From assembly GCA_964016885.1 (NCBI GenBank), contig OZ024759.1, forward strand, positions 7,564,001-7,628,000: a stretch of 64,000 nt of DNA, in the 5' to 3' direction. The notes below the pieces were generated by a model, which was not told the DNA's origin, searched no databases, and saw only the letters and a program-made list of their open reading frames with translations. This stretch comes from Eledone cirrhosa (lineage: Eukaryota). Of this stretch, positions 56,342 to 64,000 are shown piece by piece (the stretch's first letter is position 1; every line of letters starts with the position of its first letter). The position numbers and the translations under genes are program-made.

Positions 56342-56619
56342 TTCTAACCAAAAGCAATAATCAATAAAAGGCTGCATGAGAACTCTGTATATTAATATAT
56401 TTATGTCTGAGTATGTGTGTCAGTGCATGTGTGTGTGTGTGCGTATATATGTGTATGTGTGTGTGTGTGAGTATGAACCAGTGTATGTGTGTCAGGGTGT
56501 GTGTATGTACTTAATAGATGTGTATGTATGTATATGGCTTTAAATCTGTCTATAAATTTATGTCTATGGCCATATATCTGTGTGAGTATATATATATATA
56601 TATATATATACTATATGTA

Positions 56620-59123
56620 TGGTTAGGTTTAGGGGTATGGCATTAAACTACATCCAGTGGCAAGGCTCCAGTTAGGGTGTTCAGGAGTTGTGGGGAATGT
56701 GGAGTTACCCCTTAGTTGTCATGACTCCCAGGTCTGCTCTGGCCTCGAGTAGTAGTACCTGTTAGGGCCCCAATTATGGGTTAAATAACTACCTTATTCG
56801 AGTGACGCCGGTAAGGTATTGTCAGCTATTGAAAGGAACATGGAGAGTCGATCTAACAGCACTAGGGTTAGAGCCCCTAATTACACTGTCAAGGAGCAGT
56901 CTGGTCGTTATGACTCGGCTGGCTTAGAGCCACAGAGAGGGCCAGTGGATGATGGATCAGCTGCCTCTGAGACAAATATAAAGAATGCAGTTTTGTCCTG
57001 CAGAAGAGGCATTAAAATGGGCACTTTGAATGTGAGGACTATTCGGACGCTGGAGAAGAGAGGGGAGTTGGGACATCTGTTCGAGGAGAGTGGTATACAG
57101 ATACTTGCGATCCAAGAACACAGGATCCTACACGATGAGCCCGTGAGGAGTGTGATGATTGGGGAGAGGAGCCAGCTCATCACCACATCGGCAGTGAGGA
57201 ACATGACCAATGCTGCAGTGGGAGGAGTGGGTTTTGTTTTCAGCACAAAAACCAGTCTATTGGTGAGGGAAATAATGCCTGTCTCCCCATGAGTGTTGAA
57301 GTTGACCTTCAATGGAAACCCAAGACTGACAATCATCTCAGCCTATAGTCCAACCAAGGAGGACAGTGATGTGAGTGCAGAAGAGTTCCATGAGGAGGTG
57401 TGTAGAGCTGTCAACACCACTCAAGCACACAATATCCTGCTTGTTTTGGGGGACTTCAATGCACATCTGAGTAAGGAGGGCAGTGAAGATCCTTGCTGGT
57501 TCTTCCAAAACAACATCAACCGAAATGGAAGACTACTGAGAGACACCCTGCTGGAGGCGAACTTGATGGCGACCAACCTAAGGTTTAGGAAGAATCTGGG
57601 GAAGATGTGGACATACATCTCATATATGCACCTGTCCAAGTCCCAGATTGATTTCATTCTGGTGAGGAAAAAGTGGCGGAATAGTGTTCTAAACACAGAA
57701 CCATACAGCTATTTCAGTACACTGGGTAGTGACCACCGGTTTCTTATGAGTGAGGTCCGGGTGAGCTTAAGAAAGAGCAAGGCTCAGCCCCGGAGAGCAA
57801 TCTATGACTGAGAAGCTTTCAAGGAAGATGATAAGCTACAGGAGAGGTTCACAGTAGAAGTGAGGAACAGGTTCAGTGCTGTGTGAAGAGAGAGAGGAGG
57901 TACGGGCACTTCACCAATGCAGTGGCAGAAGCAAGTGAGACCCTGGTGCCGAGGAGAAAGAACAAAAGGAAGCACGTCAGCTCTGCAAACCCAAAAGTGT
58001 GTGCAGCCAGAGAACACCTGAAAGCTGTCAAGGACCAAATCTATGCTGATCCTACGGAGGAGAGGATGGAGACTGTGGAGGTGATGAGGGAAGAACTCTG
58101 TACCGCTTACACTGAGGTCAGAGAGGAGGCACTGATAGAGAAGATCAGAAGTGTGGAGAGAGCGGTTGACAGATCTGGATGTAAGGAGAGCTAGATGATC
58201 ATCAACGAGATTACAGGGAGGGAGAGGTGTTCGAGTCAGATCCAGGGAACAGGGCCCGAGGATAGGAAGAGGAAATGGCTGGACCATTTTAGGACCCCAC
58301 TAGGAAAGCCGTCCTCCACAGCCCAGAACACTGGGGAGATCAGGCGGCTGTTTGAGGAACTGGATATTGAGACAGAGCCCTTCACCAGAGAGGAGCTTCA
58401 GAGATCCAAGAAGAAGATCAAGGAGGGCAGGGCTCATGGAGAAGATGGAGTGGCATCAGAGGTGATGAAGAGGTGTGATTTTGATGATATCATTCTGGGG
58501 TTCTGTAACCAGGCACTGGAGAAAGGAGTTGCCCCGAATCAGTGGAGCATCAGTAATATTGTCCCAATGCCAAAGAAGGGAGATCTCTCTAACACCAACA
58601 ACTACAGGGGGATCTCACTGACGTCACTTGTGGCAAAGACCCTCAACATGATGATTCTTAACAGGATCCGGCCCGAGATGGTGAAGAAGCTCAGAGACAA
58701 CCAGAACGGCTTCAGAGAGGGAAGATCAACCACCAGTCACATCCTGATGCTGAGGAGAATATTAGAGGGAGCTAGAGCAAAGTGCCTTCCTGCAGTCATG
58801 GTTTTCATTGATTTTAGGAAGGCCTTTGATTCTGTGGACCATCACTTCCTAATGAAGATCTTACAGGCTTATGGAATCCCCAAGAAGATAGAGGACCTGA
58901 TATCACTGCTCTACACCAACACCAAAGCCCAAGTCATTACACCTGATGGGATGACAGAGTTCTTTGAGATACTGGCTGAAGTGCTCCAGGGAGATACATT
59001 GGCTCCCTACCTTTTTATCATCGCAGTGGACTATTGTATGTGCCTTGCACTGGAGAAACACCAGAACTCTGGCTTTACTGTAGGACCGGCTCAGAGCAGG
59101 AGAGTTAAGGCGAAAAAGATATC
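56620..59123 (+). mobile_element. RTE-like LINE (probably family C): 5'UTR, APE and N-terminal RT, broken before YADD
   Basis: GTLNVRT, AIQEHR, SAYSPT, GDFNAH, QIDFIL, SDHR, NYRGISL, QNGFR, DFRKAFDSV, LQGDTLAPYLF, with in-frame stops. Confidence 0.9.
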
Positions 59124-62100
59124 AGACAGATATATATATAGTGAGAAAGAGAGGTAGACAGACAGACAGATATATATATAGTGAGGGAGAGAGGTAGACA
59201 GACAGACAGATATATATATAGTGAGAGAGAGAGGTAGACAGACAGACAGATATATATATAGTGAGAGAGAGGTAGACAGACAGACAGATATATATATAGT
59301 GAGAGAGAGAGAGGTAGACAGACAGACAGATATATATATAGTGAGAGAGAGAGAGAGGTAGACAGACAGATATATATATAGTGAGAGAGAGAGAGGTAGA
59401 CAGACAGACAGATATATATATAGTGAGAGAGAGAGGTAGACAGACAGACAGATATATATATATAGTGACAGAGAGGAAGACAGACAGACAGATATATATA
59501 TAGTGAGAGAGAGGTAGACAGACAGACAGATATATATATCTGTCTGTCTGTCTACCCCTCTCTCTAACTATATATATATCTGTCTGTCTGTCTACCTCTC
59601 TCCATCACTATATATATATATCTGTCTGTCTGTCTACCTCTCTCTCTAACTATATATATATCTGTCTGTCTGTCTACCTCTCTCTCACTATATATATATC
59701 TGTGTGTCTGTCCACCTCTCTCCCTCACTATATATATATCTGTCTGTGTGTCTACCTCTCTCTCACTATATATATATCTGTCTGTCTGTCTACCTCTCTC
59801 TCACTATATATATATCTGTCTGTCTGTCTACCTCTCTCTTTCACTATATATATATCTGTCTGTCTGTCCACCTCTCTCCCTCACTATATATATATATCTG
59901 TCTGTCTGTCCACCTCTCTCCCTCACTATATATATATCTGTCTGTGTGTCTACCTCTCTCTCTCTCTCTATATATATATCTGTCTGTCTGTCCACCTCTC
60001 TCCCTCACTATATATATATCTGTCTGTCTGTCCACCTCTCTCCCTCACTATATATATATCTGTCTGTCTGTCCACCTCTCTCCCTCACTATATATATATA
60101 TCTGTCTGTCTACCTCTCTCTCTCTCTCTATATATATCTGTCTGCCTGTCTACCTCTCTCTCACTATATATATATCTGTCTGTCTGTCTACCTCTCTCTT
60201 TCACTATATATATATCTGTCTGTCTGTCTACCTCTCTCTCTATCACTATATATATATCTGTCTGTCTGTCTACCTCTCTCTCTCTCACTATATATATATC
60301 TGTCTGTCTGTCTACCTCTCTCTCTCTCTCTATATAAATATCTGTCTGTCTACCTCTCTCTCTCACTATATAAATATCTGTCTGTCTGTCTACCTCTCTC
60401 TCCCTCACTATATATATATCTGTCTGTCTGTCTACCTCACTCTCTCTCACTATATATATATCTGTCTGTCTGTCTACCTCTCTCTCTCTCACTATATATA
60501 TATCTGTCTGTCTGTCTACCTCTCTCTTTCACTATATATATATATCTGTCTGTCTGTCTACCTCTCTCTCTCTCACTATATATATATCTGTCTGTCTGTC
60601 TACCTCTCTCTCTCACTATATAAATATCTGTCTGTCTGTCTACCTCTTTCTCCCTCACTATATATATATCTGTCTGTCTGTCTACCTCTCTCTCCCTCAC
60701 TATATATATATCTGTCTGTCTGTCTACCTCTCTCTCTCTCACTATATATATATCTGTCTGTCGGTCTACCTCTCTCTCACTATATATATATCTGTCTGTC
60801 TGTCTACCTCTCTCCCTCACTATATATATATCTGTCTGTCTGTCTACCTCTCTCTCCCTCACTATATATATATCTGTCTGTCTGTCTACCTCTCTCACTA
60901 TATATATATCTGTTTGTCTGTCTACCTCTCTCTCTCTCACTATATATATATCTGTCTGTCTGTCTACCTCTCTCTCACTATATATATATATCTGTCTGTC
61001 TGTCTACCTCTCTCTCCCTCACTATATATATATCTGTCTGTCTGTTTACTCCTCTCTCTCTCACTATATATATCTGTCTGTCTGTCTACCTCTCTCTCAC
61101 TATATATATCTGTCTGTCTGTCTACCTCTCTCCCTCACTATATATATATCTGTCTGTCTGTCTACCTCTCTCCCTCACTATATATATATCTGTCTGTCTG
61201 TCTACCTCTCTCTCCCTCACTATATATATATCTGTCTGTCTGTCTACCTCTCTCTCACTATATATATATATGTCTGCCTGTCTACCTCTCCCTCTCACTA
61301 TATATATATCTGTCTGTCTGTCTACCTCTCTCCCTCTCACTATATATATATCTGTCTGTCTGTCTACTTCTCTCTCACTATATATATATCTGTCTGTCTG
61401 TCTACCTCTCTCCTTCACTATATATATATCTGTCTGTCTGTCTACCTCTCTCTCTCTCACTATATATATATCTGTCTGTCTACCTCTCTCTCTCTCACTA
61501 TATATATATCTGTCTGTCTGTCTACCTCTCTCTCTCACTATATAAATATCTGTCTGTCTGTCTACCTCTCTCTCTCTCACTATATATATATCTGTCTGTC
61601 TGTCCACCTCTCTCCCCCTCACTATATATATATATATCTATCTGTCTGTCTACCTCTCTCTTCCTCACTATATATATATCTGTCTGTCTGTCTACCTCTC
61701 TCTCTCTCACTATATATATATCTGTCTGTCTGTCTACCTCTCTCTCTCACTATATATATATCTGTCTGTCTGTCTACCTCTCTCTCTCTCACTATATATA
61801 TATCTGTCTGTCTACTTCTCCCCCTCACTATATATATATCTGTCTGTCTACCTCTCTCCCTCACTATATATATATCTGTCTGTCTGTCTACCTCTCTCCC
61901 TCACTATATATATATCTGTCTGTCTGTCTACCTCTCTCTCTCTCACTATATATATATCTGTCTGTCTGTCTACCTCTCTCTCACTATATATATATATGTC
62001 TGTCTGTCTACCTCTCCCTCTCACTATATATATATCTGTCTGTCTGTCTACCTCTCTCCCTCTCACTATATATATATCTGTCTGTCTGTCTACCTCTCTC

Positions 62101-63327
62101 TCACTATATATATATATGTCTGTCTGTCTACCTCTCCCTCTCACTATATATATATCTGTCTGTCTGTCTACCTCTCTCTCTCTCACTATATATATATCTG
62201 TCTGTCTGTCTACCTCTCTCTCTCTCACTATATATATATCTGTCTGTCTGTCTACCTCTCTCTCACTATATATATATATGTCTGTCTGTCTACCTCTCCC
62301 TCTCACTATATATATATCTGTCTGTCTGTCTACCTCTCTCTCACTATATATATATATGTCTGTCTGTCTACCTCTCCCTCTCACTATATATATATCTGTC
62401 TGTCTGTCTACCTCTCTCTCTCTCACTATATATATCTGTCTGTCTGTCTACCTCTCCCTCACTATATATATATCTGTCTGTCTGTCTACCTCTCTCTCAC
62501 TATATATATATCTGTCTGTCTGTCTACCTCTCTCCTTCACTATATATATATCTGTCTGTCTGTCTACCTCTCTCTCTCTCACTATATATATATCTGTCTG
62601 TCTGTCTACCTCTCTCTCTCTCACTATATATATATCTGTCTGTCTGTCTACCTCTCTCTCACTATATATATATCTGTCTGTCTGTCTACCTCTCTCTCTC
62701 TCACTATATATATATCTGTCTGTCTGTCTACCTCTCTCCCCCTCACTATATATATATCTGTCTGTCTGTCTACCTCTCTCTCACTATATATATATCTGTC
62801 TGTCTGTCTACCTCTCTCTCTCTCACTATATATATATCTGTCTGTCTACCTCTCCCCCTCACTATATATATATCTGTCTGTCTACCTCTCTCTCTCACTA
62901 TATATATATCTGTCTGTCTGTCTACCTCTCTCTCTCTCACTATATATATATCTGTCTGTCTACCTCTCCCCCTCACTATATATATATCTGTCTGTCTACC
63001 TCTCCCTCACTATATATATATCTGTCTGTCTGTCTACCTCTCTCTCCCACTATATATATATCTGTCTGTCTGTCTACCTCTCTCTCTCTCACTATATATA
63101 TATCTGTCTGTCTGTCTACCTCTCTCTCTCTCACTATATATATATCTGTCTGTCTACCTCTCCCCCTCACCATATATATATCTGTCTGTCTACCTCTCCC
63201 TCACTATATATATATCTGTCTGTCTGTCTACCTCTCTCTCCCACTATATATATATATCTGTCTGTCTGTCTACCTCTCTCTCTCACTATATATATATCTG
63301 TCTGTCTACCTCTCCCTTTCTCACTAT
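59124..63327. repeat. ~40-bp compound satellite (TA)n(TCTG)nTCTACC(TC)nAC, orientation switch at ~59535
   Basis: Direct reading; 59124-59534 is the reverse complement of the remainder. Confidence 0.96.
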
Positions 63328-64000
63328 TTCTAGGGACGTCCCGTTCCCTGCTTTTAGTGGGGGATTGGAATGGTATCCTGGATGCACGTTGGGACTATGC
63401 AGGGGCATGTCCCGATAGAGAGGGGTGCAACAGCCTCAAGGGGTTACTCGGCCGATTTGACCTGGCCGATAGATTTCGACTAGATTTTCCGACGGTGCCA
63501 ACCTGGTCTTGGTCAAATCGCAGCGGATCATCTAGGTCGTACCTAGATAGATTTTTAGTTAGAAATAAGGACAGGGACTTTTTAAGTTGTCCAGAAATGC
63601 TCATGGTTGGCTATTCAGACCACAAGTTGGTGACCTGCATGGTCAACCTTGATAGAACGCATAGACAGGGCCCCGGTTACTGGAAGCTCAACTTGTCCTT
63701 GCCGGCAAGTGGAGCCTACAGGGATCGGATTAGTACGTTAGTTAAGGAACGGTTGACTGGAGCGATCGTCAACAGCAGGTGGTGGGTATCTCTAAAGAGA
63801 GAGATTAGAGTAGTCTCGATAGAATTTAGTAAGGTTCTAGCTGCGGATAGGAATAGGAAGGAAAGGGAGCTAATAGATAGAGTAGAAGAGGCTATTAGAA
63901 GCGGCGACGTGGCCAGAGTGCTAGCGTCGAGAACGGCTTTGAGCCAGTTTTTCGACGCTAAGCACGAAGGCTGCTGCGTTGTCCGAAGTAAAATACGTGC
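63328..64000 (+). mobile_element. Third L1/Tx1-like copy (APE C-terminal part), runs off the window
   Basis: FLGTSRSLLLVGDWNGILDARWDY...SRSYLDR...YSDHKLV...GPGYWKLN. Confidence 0.88.

Noticed and set aside
56620-56800. HDV-like ribozyme at the RTE 5' end
   Set aside because: Expected for some RTEs, but I could not identify the nested double pseudoknot by eye; it needs a structure-based search.
59702-63418. Long Leu/Ser/Tyr-rich ORFs
   Set aside because: Artefacts of the 40-bp compound satellite.

Overview
Eukaryotic, gene-free, almost entirely repetitive window. The SINE/LINE content suggests a cephalopod such as Octopus; this is an inference. No host protein-coding gene is supportable, and most long ORFs in the track are microsatellite artefacts. 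The window holds: (i) decayed non-LTR retrotransposons, namely two RTE-clade families with a C4HC3 PHD-type finger inserted inside the RT domain (one near-full-length copy at ~40.8-44.7 kb), a third RTE-like family and three L1/Tx1-like copies; (ii) CORE-type and Nin/Deu-type SINEs; (iii) a DD37D (maT) Tc1/mariner relic; (iv) a non-autonomous Helitron present twice inside a 3.2-kb near-perfect palindrome, with its empty site next door; (v) a Penelope-like GIY-YIG relic; (vi) several large satellites. The most striking unannotated signal is a set of five to six minimal type I hammerhead ribozyme motifs in short non-coding islands. They include a U3-A8 core variant and a pair of copies with compensatory stem I changes.
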